64,000 nucleotides of DNA from Longimicrobiales bacterium (GCA_965202985.1 CBDBCF010000001.1:736001-800000), one strand, 5' to 3'. Shown: positions 28,591 through 38,171, numbered from the stretch's first letter. Made by a program: numbers and translations. The notes: generated from the sequence alone by a model not told the origin.

Positions 28591-29928
28591 CTAGCGCTTC
28601 AGGCCGGGAAGGATGCGGGCGGGAACGAGGCGGCGATACTCGTCCCAGTACGCGCCGTACTTCTGCCGGCAGCGCTTCTCGTCGCGTCCGGCGCGATGCA
28701 CCAGCAGGATCGTCAGGAAAATCACGTAGAACCAGGGCAGGAAATGCAAGAACAGGGCCGGCGCCGTCCACAGGAAGGCCGCCGCGATCTCTGGCACGTA
28801 GTGAAAGTGCCGCGCCACTCCCCACCAACCGGACGCCAACAGGACGGTCTCCTTCTTCTCGCCGTCTTCGGCGCGATACTTGGCGACGACAAGTCGCGGC
28901 TTCTTCCCCCAGATCGTGCAATCGCCGCCGGTTGCTCGGACGACTTGACGTTGCCTGTCGGCTAGGTAGTTGATCGTCACCGCAGCCACTCCTGCGACCG
29001 CGATCGCGGCCGACCACGCCATGCCCAGGTGATGCGGGTGATGCACCAGGTACAAGATGGGCGACGTGTAAATGGCCGGCACCCATACCAAGCAGCCCCA
29101 GCAAATCATGAATCCGGCCCGGTCGTGCATGATGTCGATTGAACAGAGGTAGCCGGTTTCCCAGATGAAGAACTTTACCAAGTAGGCCATCATGACGACC
29201 AGGGCCACGACCATCGAATCGCTCAGGCCGCCCAGCTCGGCCTGCTTCGCCGCAAACGACGACACGATGATCGCCCACCCCATCAAGCCGAAGCGGCAGT
29301 TGGTGAACATCTTGACGTCCCAGCCCAAGATGCGCGGGTACAACTCCGTGCCCCAGTAGTAGTCGAAGATGAAGTTGCCGCTCGGTCCTCCGTCCGGCCC
29401 GGAGGGGAAGAACCGGCCCTTGAAGTACAGCAACAGGCAGAACGCCAAGCTGGAGACGTTCAGCGCGCCGATGATGCCGGCGAAGTTGTCGTAGACGATG
29501 GTCGGCTCGAACCAGTCGAACGCAAAGCCGCCCAAGAGGAACAAGCCCAGCGAAATCAGGAAGCACGCCACGCCGTTGGCGCGGTACACCGGCACGTGAC
29601 CCTTCGGCGTGGTCGGCCCCCGAAAGGAGCGCCCCGGCACCAAGCGCATCAGCAACAACTGCACCACGGCGAACACACCAATGATCTTCCAGCCGGCCGC
29701 CGTGCCCCAGAGGACCGGCTTCCATATGGACGCCAGTTCACTAAGGAAGCCGACCGCGAGCACCCGTTCCACAAAGGACGCCAGCGAGCCGCCGTGTTCT
29801 ACGTTGATCTCCCACACCAACAAAGCCGTCGGCGGGCAGCAGATCAGCAGGAACAGCGGCGCCAACGTGCGGTGAAAGAAGCCGCCATGCCCCGTTCTTG
29901 CCATCGAAGGGCCGTCCGTCTCTGTCAT
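28591..29928 (-). CDS. Sterol delta-7 reductase / 7-dehydrocholesterol reductase-like (ERG4/ERG24 family)
   Basis: Multi-TM; 'GPTTPKGHVPVYRANG', 'SGNFIFDYYWGTELYPRI', 'DIMHDRAGFMICWGCLVWVP', signature 'LLASGWWGVARHFHYVPE', 'RDEKRCRQKYG..WDEY'. Confidence 0.9.
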   Translation of the reverse strand: MTETDGPSMARTGHGGFFHRTLAPLFLLICCPPTALLVWEINVEHGGSLASFVERVLAVGFLSELASIWKPVLWGTAAGWKIIGVFAVVQLLLMRLVPGRSFRGPTTPKGHVPVYRANGVACFLISLGLFLLGGFAFDWFEPTIVYDNFAGIIGALNVSSLAFCLLLYFKGRFFPSGPDGGPSGNFIFDYYWGTELYPRILGWDVKMFTNCRFGLMGWAIIVSSFAAKQAELGGLSDSMVVALVVMMAYLVKFFIWETGYLCSIDIMHDRAGFMICWGCLVWVPAIYTSPILYLVHHPHHLGMAWSAAIAVAGVAAVTINYLADRQRQVVRATGGDCTIWGKKPRLVVAKYRAEDGEKKETVLLASGWWGVARHFHYVPEIAAAFLWTAPALFLHFLPWFYVIFLTILLVHRAGRDEKRCRQKYGAYWDEYRRLVPARILPGLKR

Positions 29929-30137
29929 TTCAGCGTGCCCGCGCGAAGATCAGAGACGGGACCGGCCCGGCGACCGTGGGCCAGCAGGTGCGCACGTCGC
30001 CCGCAGGACGGGCGGGCGGAGCTTCAAGCCTGCAGGTGCTCCACGTCAGGAACCAGCTTCCCGCCCTGCTCGACAGCCCGCGCCACCTCCCTCGGCCAGC
30101 GGGCCGTACTCGCGCCGTCCCATCCGCCGCCAGCCGC

Positions 30138-30296
30138 TCACCCGTCCTCCACCCGGTCGGCCAGCCGCTCGGCCGCCTCGGCCAGCCTGGCCATCGCCTC
30201 GGCCAGCCGGTCCACCGCGTCCGCCAGCCGGTCCGTGGCCTCGCCGTCCGCCGCGATGGACCGCAGGGCGCGCTCAACCGGCCCCGGCTCGCTCAC
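30138..30296 (-). CDS. 52-aa coiled-coil peptide of tandem heptads, coupled to Rpn copy 2
   Basis: MSEPGPVERALRSIAADGEATDRLADAVDRLAEAMARLAEAAERLADRVEDG*; GTG overlaps the Rpn TGA (GTGA); 21-nt repeat units. Confidence 0.45.
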   Translation of the reverse strand: MSEPGPVERALRSIAADGEATDRLADAVDRLAEAMARLAEAAERLADRVEDG

Positions 30297-30646
30297 TCGC
30301 CGCCCCCGCCTTGGGCGGCGGCCCGCGCCAAGAAGTCGCTACCGTTCGTGCAGTCGATGATCAAGTCCGCGATCTCGGCAACCCGCTCCGCGTCCGAAAC
30401 ACGCTCCAGCAACGACGCAAGCCCCTCCGCAGTCTCCGAACCGAACTTCCGACCGGCTTGGCGCACCAACGTGGCCCGTTGCTCGCGCCGCGCCGCCGCC
30501 GCCTCTCGGCGACCCTCCTTGCGGCCCTGCGCTCGCCCCACGGCCCGCCCCTCCGCGCGCCCCTTGCGACGCTCCGCCAACCGCTCCGCTCCCCAGAACG
30601 TGTGCGCCACACGCTCCAAGTCGCCCAACCTCTGCAATCGCTTCAC
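30293..30646 (-). CDS. Putative internal small protein (Rpn-S-like) of Rpn copy 2
   Basis: AAGGAGG-AGGAA-GTG (GTG 30646, in frame). Confidence 0.45.
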   Translation of the reverse strand: MKRLQRLGDLERVAHTFWGAERLAERRKGRAEGRAVGRAQGRKEGRREAAAARREQRATLVRQAGRKFGSETAEGLASLLERVSDAERVAEIADLIIDCTNGSDFLARAAAQGGGGE

Positions 30647-31513
30647 TTCCTCCTCCTTCGCTCCGTCGTCGATCAACCCGCTCCGAACCCACGCCGCCAG
30701 AGCCCGGCTCGCAGGCCCGTCCTCCGGCAACAGCTCCCGCAACCTCGCGTACGCCTCCCCAAACTCGGCACGATCCCGCGTGTAGCGCAACCTCAACCCC
30801 GCCGCCCACGACGTGTCCGCCGACACCAGAGCCCTCGCCTCCGACGCCTCCGACACCAGCACGAACTCCTGGCCCAGCGCGAACGGCAGGAACGCCCTCG
30901 CGTCGTCCGCCAGCAGGTCCTCCATCCGCGTCGCCCCGGGCCACGGCACCTCTCCCACGTACACCACGATCGGCAGCACCGGCGGCAGCTTCCGACGCCT
31001 CCGAACCTCCGGGTCCCGTGCCAGCAGGTCGTCGTAGATCAGCGCCGTCTCCAGCAGGACCCGCGCCGGCATCCGCCAGTCCGGCTTCGACTGCGCCTCG
31101 AACAGGAACACCACGTACAGCCACGAGTCCCGGAACGGCGCCCGCCACACCAGGTCCGCGTGACGGACCTTCCTGAACTCGAGGTCCACGTACTCCGTCT
31201 GTCCCTTCGAGAGTCCGTCCAGGTCGAGGCGGGCGGCGATCTCCGCGGGGACGACCTTGCCCAGGACGCGCTCGGCCAGGAACTCCGCCACGACACGCTT
31301 GTCCCCATAGAACGCCTTCGCGCTCTTGTCCTTCGGCTGGTGGACCGCATGGCGGCGACGCTCGTCCCGGCGCTGGCGCGGCTCGGCCGGCCCGTCGGGC
31401 TCGGGGGCGGGCGCGACGGACTCGGCGGACGCGTCCGGCGGCGGAGGCTTGCGGTCGGGAGGCGTCGTTCCGGCGGCTTGGGCGTTGCGGTTTCGGGGAC
31501 TTGCGGGGGCCAT
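30293..31513 (-). CDS. Rpn family nuclease/putative transposase, copy 2
   Basis: 'KDKSAKAFY', 'RHADLVWR', 'FLFEAQS', 'LPPVLPIVVYVG..PW', GRxE repeats, 'RKFGSETA' tail; GAGGAG RBS 6 nt before ATG 31513. Confidence 0.82.
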   Translation of the reverse strand: MAPASPRNRNAQAAGTTPPDRKPPPPDASAESVAPAPEPDGPAEPRQRRDERRRHAVHQPKDKSAKAFYGDKRVVAEFLAERVLGKVVPAEIAARLDLDGLSKGQTEYVDLEFRKVRHADLVWRAPFRDSWLYVVFLFEAQSKPDWRMPARVLLETALIYDDLLARDPEVRRRRKLPPVLPIVVYVGEVPWPGATRMEDLLADDARAFLPFALGQEFVLVSEASEARALVSADTSWAAGLRLRYTRDRAEFGEAYARLRELLPEDGPASRALAAWVRSGLIDDGAKEEEVKRLQRLGDLERVAHTFWGAERLAERRKGRAEGRAVGRAQGRKEGRREAAAARREQRATLVRQAGRKFGSETAEGLASLLERVSDAERVAEIADLIIDCTNGSDFLARAAAQGGGGE

Positions 31514-31844
31514 GGACATCTCCTCGGGAGCGGCGTGGTCGGGACTCCGACGGCCCGGTTGGAGAGGGCCGAGGGAGCTGCGTCCCGAACGGTGACGACT
31601 CCTTTGCGATACCTCCATGGCTGGATGGGACACCTTCATGGCCGGACGGGACGCTCCGCAGAACGAGACGGGCAGCCGACGTTCCGGTCGCCTGCCGGAA
31701 TGCCCGGAGAAGGACACCTCGAGGCGCTCCGCGGTCCCGCCGTGGTCGCGCCGAAAGCCGGTCCCGGGGCCCATGCGCGATTTCGAGGGCTCAAAATGTC
31801 CGCTTCGATGTCCCGTTTTCGGGCCTCGAGTGTCCGATCCCCCC

Positions 31845-33125
31845 CTACGGCTTGACCAGCCTCAGCACCTGCGGGTGCTCCACGTCCGTCGCGTCTCGCC
31901 GCACGCCCAGCGCTTCGCTCGAGCCGACGCGAAGCATCTCGAAGCGCTCCGGGGTCTCGACAACGCCCAGCCACGTTCCGTTCGCGTCCCATACGTACCA
32001 CCTCTGTCGTGCGTCGCGTCGGGCCAGCCCCAAGAATTCGCCCGCCCATACGTTGCTCTCGGGATCAATCAGCAGGCTCTGGTAGGCCGGCCGCCTCTCC
32101 GGGACCGGCAGGCTCCCGACGATCTCCTTGACGACGCCGCTCGGCCTGGGACCCAGGCGGGCCTCGAGTTCGCGGTCGGCTTCCCGCGCCGAGACAGCCA
32201 GCGAGACGCCGAGGATTCGCGCGATCGCGACAGTCTTGCCGGTCGTCGCGTCCACTCTGGCGAACTCCAGGTCGTCCGCCGTGCCGACGAGAACTTGGTC
32301 GTCGCGGGCGGGAACGAAATGGGTTCGTCGACCCAGGAGGGGAATGGCGTCGGCCCAAGTGTGAACAAATGTTTCGTCTCCCTTTGCCGCAAGGATGGTG
32401 TCGACCCGGGCGAACTGCTCGGAGAGCCGCACCAAGTGCACGACTGGGCGATGGAGTCCTCCGGGCCACTCGGAGAGCGCGACAGGCGGCTCCGCCCTGC
32501 CCCATATCTCGCCTCGTCCCGTCGCAACGGGATGGCGAGTCGGGAAGACGCCGTCGGGCAATCGGAACGTCTCCAACAGCCCAGCCTCCGTGTCGAATAC
32601 GGCCCCCCGAGCGCCAGGGTCGAAGTCGACGGCGGCGACTCGTCCGTCTCCAAGAGCGACAAGCCTTCCAAGAGCTCGGAACTCGCCGGGACCGTCGCCG
32701 GGGCCACCCAGGGATCGGAGGAGCGACCCGTCCTCGTCGTAGACGCGAAGCTGCTGCGATCCTCCGTCGGCGACGACGAGCCGACCGTTGGCCAAACGCA
32801 GGATGTCCCTGACGCGGTGAAACTCGTAGGGGCTCCCGTCGCCCGCATCCGAAATGTCTACGATCGGCGCATCGGAAATGCGCCAGGCCTCGCCTTCCTC
32901 CCACAGCGGGGCCGACGACTCGACGATCTCGACGCCGGCGCTGTCCCTCGACGCCGCTTGCCGCCTCGCATCGGTCCGCTGGTCAAGGACGGATGTCGCG
33001 GCAGGGCTCCGGAAATCCATGACGTGTACGGAGGCCACCGCAATCGCGGCCAGCGCGACCACTACGATCAACGTGGCGACTACGGCGGTGCGGCCACGAG
33101 CGACTGGTCTGCTCTTCGCTTCCAT
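31845..33125 (-). CDS. 6-bladed beta-propeller (NHL-like) exported protein
   Basis: N-terminal TM/signal; 'GRLVVADGGSQQLRVYDEDG...LGGPGDGPGEF'; 'WYVWDANGTWLG'. Confidence 0.8.
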   Translation of the reverse strand: MEAKSRPVARGRTAVVATLIVVVALAAIAVASVHVMDFRSPAATSVLDQRTDARRQAASRDSAGVEIVESSAPLWEEGEAWRISDAPIVDISDAGDGSPYEFHRVRDILRLANGRLVVADGGSQQLRVYDEDGSLLRSLGGPGDGPGEFRALGRLVALGDGRVAAVDFDPGARGAVFDTEAGLLETFRLPDGVFPTRHPVATGRGEIWGRAEPPVALSEWPGGLHRPVVHLVRLSEQFARVDTILAAKGDETFVHTWADAIPLLGRRTHFVPARDDQVLVGTADDLEFARVDATTGKTVAIARILGVSLAVSAREADRELEARLGPRPSGVVKEIVGSLPVPERRPAYQSLLIDPESNVWAGEFLGLARRDARQRWYVWDANGTWLGVVETPERFEMLRVGSSEALGVRRDATDVEHPQVLRLVKP

Positions 33126-33139
33126 TCGAGTATCGGCGG

Positions 33140-34495
33140 TTAGTCGCCTGGACTTTCGCTGGAAGATTTGGGCCGGCTGCTCCACTGCCCGAGTACCGTC
33201 ATGAGCCCTCGCACTACGACGTTGACGCACTTCTTGAGTTCGTCGAGGTCGTCGCCGGCGTGGACAGTTTCGATCCGCTGCTCGGGCCTTAGATTGTGAC
33301 CATAGAGGTCAAATCTCCACTTGCCATCTTCTGTGCGTTCCATTGTCAAATCCAAACTTTGTCCGCTTGCACGAAAGTCGATTAGCTGAGCCATAGCTTC
33401 CATTCGCAAAGACAGCGCGTCCCGAGGAAAATCGCCTGTTTCGCCAGTGAAGGGCAAGCGTGTGCCTTGTGGCTTTCCGTCGCGTCCAACGGTGACTAGC
33501 TGTCCGAAGATATCACTGGTAGCGAAGAACGTCGCCAGCGACTCCGCTTTCTCTTGGAAGTAGCTGTACAAGGGCAGCATCACATTCGCAACAAGCGACC
33601 GTGCCTGAACCAAGTCGCCCTCGCCTGGAGCCGCAACGATCGAGCGCTTGAAGACGGCGATCTCGCGGTCGATGTCGTCGGGTTCTTCGATGGATTCCCC
33701 GCGGGCGGCGCGCAAGTGCAGCTCCAGGCTGTACCGGCAGCACTTGGCGACGTACCGAATGAACCCGGCCAGGTCTCCCGTCGTCTGCGCCTGCTCGATC
33801 TCGGCGATGTATCGGTCTCGGCCGTCTCGCTGGACCATGGCGATGGTGTATCCATGCCTCATCAAGATCAAGTTCATCAGCAGGCGCGCCATTCGGCCGT
33901 TCCCGTCGTCGAAGGGATGAATCTGGACGAAGCGGTAGTGGAACGTGGCCGCAATGACGATGGGGTGTTCGCCTTCGGCCTCCTTGGCCCGACACCAGTC
34001 GATCAAGTCGCCCATGAGAGGCTGGACCTGTTCCGGCGGCGCGAAGTAGTGCATCTCGCCCGTCCGCGTCCGCACGTTGTTGGGCGTCTTCTTGTACTGC
34101 CCGACGGCGATGGGCCGCATTGCGCGTTGCCCGTCGGGAGCTTCGGCGGGCATCTCGTAGGGCTCCCTCAGGAGGACTTTGTGCAGGTTGCGAACGAAGG
34201 CTTGGTTGAGCGCGTCGTCCTCTCCGACCGCTTCCTCCACCGCCTTCACGGCGTCGTCGTGGCCCTCGATGTCCAGGTGATCCCGCATCGGCTTGCCGCG
34301 AGCGGTGAGGCCGTGGAGGATCAGCGTTCGCGTCTCGCCCAGGGTCAGCGCGTTTCCCTCAATGGCGTTGGAGTGGTAGTTCCACTCGATCCGCAACTTC
34401 TGCGTCAAGCGGCCGACGGCGTCCGACGACAGGGGACGAAGGTCGTCCAGTTCGGCCTTCAGCCGGTCGATCCGGGCAATGGTGTCGGGTGCCAC
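33140..34495 (-). CDS. Fic family protein (class II, N-terminal inhibitory helix)
   Basis: Catalytic HPFDDGNGRMAR; inhibitory motif SNAIEGN. Confidence 0.9.
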   Translation of the reverse strand: MAPDTIARIDRLKAELDDLRPLSSDAVGRLTQKLRIEWNYHSNAIEGNALTLGETRTLILHGLTARGKPMRDHLDIEGHDDAVKAVEEAVGEDDALNQAFVRNLHKVLLREPYEMPAEAPDGQRAMRPIAVGQYKKTPNNVRTRTGEMHYFAPPEQVQPLMGDLIDWCRAKEAEGEHPIVIAATFHYRFVQIHPFDDGNGRMARLLMNLILMRHGYTIAMVQRDGRDRYIAEIEQAQTTGDLAGFIRYVAKCCRYSLELHLRAARGESIEEPDDIDREIAVFKRSIVAAPGEGDLVQARSLVANVMLPLYSYFQEKAESLATFFATSDIFGQLVTVGRDGKPQGTRLPFTGETGDFPRDALSLRMEAMAQLIDFRASGQSLDLTMERTEDGKWRFDLYGHNLRPEQRIETVHAGDDLDELKKCVNVVVRGLMTVLGQWSSRPKSSSESPGD

Positions 34496-34526
34496 TGCGG
34501 GCTTTCGTCGAGGGAAGCGAGAAGGC

Positions 34527-36512
34527 TCAATATGCGTCCGCCCGCGGTCTTGTCCAGCCTTGTGCGTCGCGCTGAAGCACCGCGGCCGACGCCATCATGA
34601 AGAGCAGCGAGTCGGCGGCGGGACGGTCCGCGGCGGGCAGCTTCGGCAGGCGATCCAGGAACCGAACCACGGCGGCTTGGTCGAAGAACGGCACGGAGGC
34701 CATGTCGGCGCCTCGCAGCACGTCTTGGAGGAAATCGTGGAGGGGGTCGTTCGCGGGCGCTTTGGCGACGGCGGGAGGGGCCCAGAACGGGCGCTTTTGC
34801 CGGTCGCGCACGGCGGTCGGCAGGTAGGGACGCGCCGCTCGGCGGAGGAGGAGCTTCTCCTGGGGGCCGTCGACCAGCAGGGGCAGGGAAAGCTGGTTGG
34901 CGTACTCGAAGAGGCGGTGGTCCAGGAACGGCAGGCGGACCTCCACGCCGTGGGCCATGTCCAGCCGGTCGGCGGCCAAGTGGTAGTTGGCGAACAGAGA
35001 GTGGAGCCACAGGTACAGTAGCTGGCGGGCTGGCTCGCGCTTGGACAGGTCGGCGGCGCGGTCGCAGCGCTGGTAGTAGCTCCGGTAGGGGTCGTAGCGG
35101 TCGAACTCGGCCAGGAAGTCGGGGGAACATACGGCGCGCAGGTGCGCTAGGCCCCGGGCCAAGCGGGCGAAGAGGGAGGGGCCGGCGCCCATGACGGTGG
35201 CGATGCGGGCCAGCCAGGGCGAGACGGACGCCAAGCCGGGGTAGCGGCGGGCGGGAGAGCGGAGGAGGCGGGGGAGGAGGCGCAGCCGGTTCCAAAGGCG
35301 GGGACCGGACGAAGCCCGCGCGGCGGCTCGCAGGAACTCGTAGCCGAAGAAGGCTTCGTCGGCGCCCTCGCCGGCCAGGACGGCCTTGTAGCCAGCGGCT
35401 CGGACGCTGCTCGCCAACAGGAAGCGGGCGACGCCGTGGGCGTTGTACTGCAGGGTCTCGACGTGGCGAACGGCGGCGGTGAAGTGGTCGGCCAGGTCGG
35501 CGCTGGACAGGGTGCAGACGGCGTGCTCGGCGCGGGCGGCTTGGGCCATCTGGCGGGCGCCCCGGCTCTCGTCGTAGTTGGCGTTCTCGAAGCCCACGGT
35601 GAACGCGGCCACGGGGGTCGTCGCGCCGGCGGCGGCCACGCCCAGCACTGCCGACGAATCCAAGCCGCCGCTGAGCAGGCATCCCACGGGCACGTCCGCG
35701 TCGGTTCGGAGTCGCACGGACTCTTCCAACAGTTCGCGGACGCGGAGCGCAGGGGTTGGGGAGGCGGGGGCGCGAGATGCACGGTCTCGAGCCGCAGGGC
35801 CTTGGGCCGCGGGACCTTGCGACCGGCTGGGCGTCCCTTTGGCCGTAGCCGGCAGGTCCCACCAGCGCGACACGCGAACGCCGGCGTTGGTGGCCACCAG
35901 GAAGTGGCCGGGCGGCAGTTGGCGGATGTCCGCGAAGAGCGAACGGCGTTCGTCGGGGCAGGCGTGGAGGGCGTGGAAGGCGGCTTGGGAGTCCCAGGCC
36001 TTGGGGACGCCGGCAGCGAAGAGGGCCTTGGCTTCGGAGGCCAGGTAGAGGGCGTCCGGGCGGCGGCAGTAGAACAGCGGCTTGAGGCCGAAGCGGTCGC
36101 GGGCGGCGAAGAGGGCGGCGCGCTGTTCGTCCCAGACGACGAAGGCGAACTGGCCCCGAAGGCGGTCCAGGCACGACGGTCCCAGGTCTTCGTAGAGGTG
36201 GAGGGCGATTTCGCTGTCCGAACGCGTGCGGAAGCGGTGGCCCCGGCGCTCCAGGGACGCACGGGCGGCGCGGAAATCGTAGAATTCGCCGTTTGCGGCC
36301 AAGTGGAAGCGGCCGTCCTCGTTGGCCAGGGGCTGGGCGCCCTCCGGGTCGTTGATCGCCAGGCGGGCGTGGCCCAGGGCGGCTCGACCCGATGGCGAGA
36401 GCCAAGTCCGCCGGCCGTCGGGTCCGCGGTGGGCCAGGGCGGCCGTGGCGCGTTCCACGGCGGGGCGCGAGACGGGACCGTCCCAGGAGCGGATGGCAAC
36501 GACGCCGCACAT
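34527..36512 (-). CDS. asnB: Asparagine synthase (glutamine-hydrolysing) family amidotransferase, copy 2
   Basis: True start MCGVVAI (ATG 36512); HRGPDG, NGEFY, RDRFGLKPL, LSGGLDSS, GEGADE, EVRLPFLD. Confidence 0.9.
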   Translation of the reverse strand: MCGVVAIRSWDGPVSRPAVERATAALAHRGPDGRRTWLSPSGRAALGHARLAINDPEGAQPLANEDGRFHLAANGEFYDFRAARASLERRGHRFRTRSDSEIALHLYEDLGPSCLDRLRGQFAFVVWDEQRAALFAARDRFGLKPLFYCRRPDALYLASEAKALFAAGVPKAWDSQAAFHALHACPDERRSLFADIRQLPPGHFLVATNAGVRVSRWWDLPATAKGTPSRSQGPAAQGPAARDRASRAPASPTPALRVRELLEESVRLRTDADVPVGCLLSGGLDSSAVLGVAAAGATTPVAAFTVGFENANYDESRGARQMAQAARAEHAVCTLSSADLADHFTAAVRHVETLQYNAHGVARFLLASSVRAAGYKAVLAGEGADEAFFGYEFLRAAARASSGPRLWNRLRLLPRLLRSPARRYPGLASVSPWLARIATVMGAGPSLFARLARGLAHLRAVCSPDFLAEFDRYDPYRSYYQRCDRAADLSKREPARQLLYLWLHSLFANYHLAADRLDMAHGVEVRLPFLDHRLFEYANQLSLPLLVDGPQEKLLLRRAARPYLPTAVRDRQKRPFWAPPAVAKAPANDPLHDFLQDVLRGADMASVPFFDQAAVVRFLDRLPKLPAADRPAADSLLFMMASAAVLQRDAQGWTRPRADAY

Positions 36513-36526
36513 GTGTTCGCCGTCCC

Positions 36527-38164
36527 TTACTGGCGCTGGGCGCCGGGGGGAAGCGACGCGGGACCCACGACGGCCTTGCCGTTCCGGTAGGCGAAGCGCA
36601 TGAGGAAGCTGCGTTCGGGGCGGGTCAGATCCAGGTTGTCGGCGGTGACGCGCTGCACGACGGCGTGGACCTCCAAGTCGCCCGACTCTTCGCGGTGGAG
36701 GCGCGCAAAGCGTTCGGCGTGGCGGACCAGAAGCGACCTGCGGACGGCGGCCAAGGCGCGGTCGTCCAGTTGCAGCCACACGTTCCCGAGCAGGTAGGAC
36801 TGGAGCAGGAGGTAGCGCATGCCGTCCGGGAAGAGGGAGCGGGCGGCAGCCGGGGCCGGCGAGGTCGAGGTCTGGGCGACCGGCGGGGCGGCGGGCGGCG
36901 CGGCGGGCGGCGCGGAAGGTTGGGCAAGGCGGCGCAGTTCGTAGCGGACGTGGTAGTTGCGGTCGTCGACCCAGTCGAACAGCCGGTAGCTCTGGAAGAT
37001 GCCGACCAGCCACAGGACCGGACACACGGGATTGCTCCAGGCGCCGGCGGCGTAGGGTCTGCCCAGGCGTCTCCGCGTGCGGACGGCCTCCCAGGCGAAC
37101 ATGAGGACGAGGGCCGCGATCAGCGCGAGTGCGGCGAACTCCGTGGGCGAGGGCGGAGGGGCGGCGGCGACCGGGACGACGGGGAATGGGCCGGGGTCGA
37201 GAAGTGGGACAGCGGCGGCGAGGGCGGCCAGCCCCGTGATCTCGGGCCCGAAGGGGACGGCGAGGGCGGCCAGCATGAGCAGGTTCGAGTAGGGGATCTT
37301 GAGGGTCGCGACGATGCCCAGGTGGAAGACCGCGGCGCACGCGCCCAGCGCCCACTTGGCGGGCGAGCCGTCGGGCAGGACGAAGATCAGCACGAACAGG
37401 GGCTCCAGGACCAGGGCGGCCCACGTGACCAAGCGCAACGTCCAGCGGTGGCGCAACGTCCAGAACTCGGGCGCGCGCGACACCGGCATCTTGAGGGCCG
37501 CGTGCATTGCCGAACCGTTCCGCCACATCGGGCTGGTGAATTTGTACAGCCCGGCCACCAGGTAGACCAACGCCATGTTGGCCAGGAACGCGCGGGGCGC
37601 GATGCCCGGCACGGTTGCGGCAAGCCAATCCGCGGGAAGTGCCAACGAGTCTCCTGCGACGCCGGCGGTGGGGGGCGCGGGCGCAAACAGGTTCGGCAGG
37701 GCCAGCGTGCTCCCGACCGGCAGCAGCACCAGCCAAAGGCAGACGACGTGAACGATCGCGTCGTCCAGGTAGGCGGCCAGGACGTTCCATCTGTAGGTGG
37801 ACGCGGCGACCAGAAACAGGTAGGCGGCGGACGCCCTTGGGTGGAACCCGGCCACTACGCACAGCGACGCCGCGCATGCGCCCACGTGGGCCAAGCGGAA
37901 GACGCTCCCGGGCATCCCCGGCTGGAAGAGGCTCCATCGCGTGGGTGGAAGCAGCTTGGCGCACAGGCCGTGGTCGATCAGGCCGTCGGGGTCGGTGAAG
38001 TCGCGGCCCTGGCGCAGCGTCCGGAGGAAGTAGACGAAGAGGACGGCGCCCGCGAACACTCGGAAGACGTCCAGCGGCAAGGCGTGGACGGGGGCGGCCA
38101 AGGTTTGGTCGAGGTGCGCCCAGGTCGCTTGGAGGTGCGCCCAGGCTTCGGAGAGTTGCGCCAA
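36527..38164 (-). CDS. HTTM-domain (vitamin K-dependent carboxylase-like) membrane protein
   Basis: 'LDVFRV', 'VYLVAGLYKFTSPMWRNGSA', 'TWAALVLE', 'FHLGIVATL' match the HTTM pattern. Start uncertain (TTG 38164). Confidence 0.7.
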   Translation of the reverse strand: MAQLSEAWAHLQATWAHLDQTLAAPVHALPLDVFRVFAGAVLFVYFLRTLRQGRDFTDPDGLIDHGLCAKLLPPTRWSLFQPGMPGSVFRLAHVGACAASLCVVAGFHPRASAAYLFLVAASTYRWNVLAAYLDDAIVHVVCLWLVLLPVGSTLALPNLFAPAPPTAGVAGDSLALPADWLAATVPGIAPRAFLANMALVYLVAGLYKFTSPMWRNGSAMHAALKMPVSRAPEFWTLRHRWTLRLVTWAALVLEPLFVLIFVLPDGSPAKWALGACAAVFHLGIVATLKIPYSNLLMLAALAVPFGPEITGLAALAAAVPLLDPGPFPVVPVAAAPPPSPTEFAALALIAALVLMFAWEAVRTRRRLGRPYAAGAWSNPVCPVLWLVGIFQSYRLFDWVDDRNYHVRYELRRLAQPSAPPAAPPAAPPVAQTSTSPAPAAARSLFPDGMRYLLLQSYLLGNVWLQLDDRALAAVRRSLLVRHAERFARLHREESGDLEVHAVVQRVTADNLDLTRPERSFLMRFAYRNGKAVVGPASLPPGAQRQ

Positions 38165-38171
38165 GGCCCGT

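Noticed and set aside
34527..36512. Lasso peptide cyclase interpretation of the asnB genes
   Set aside because: Both keep an intact glutaminase domain; no B1/B2 proteins or precursor peptide seen; glycan context.
34527..37964. 1145-aa ORF suggesting a large N-terminal fusion on AsnB
   Set aside because: AsnB needs an N-terminal Cys (MCG at 36512); the upstream part overlaps the HTTM gene in another frame.
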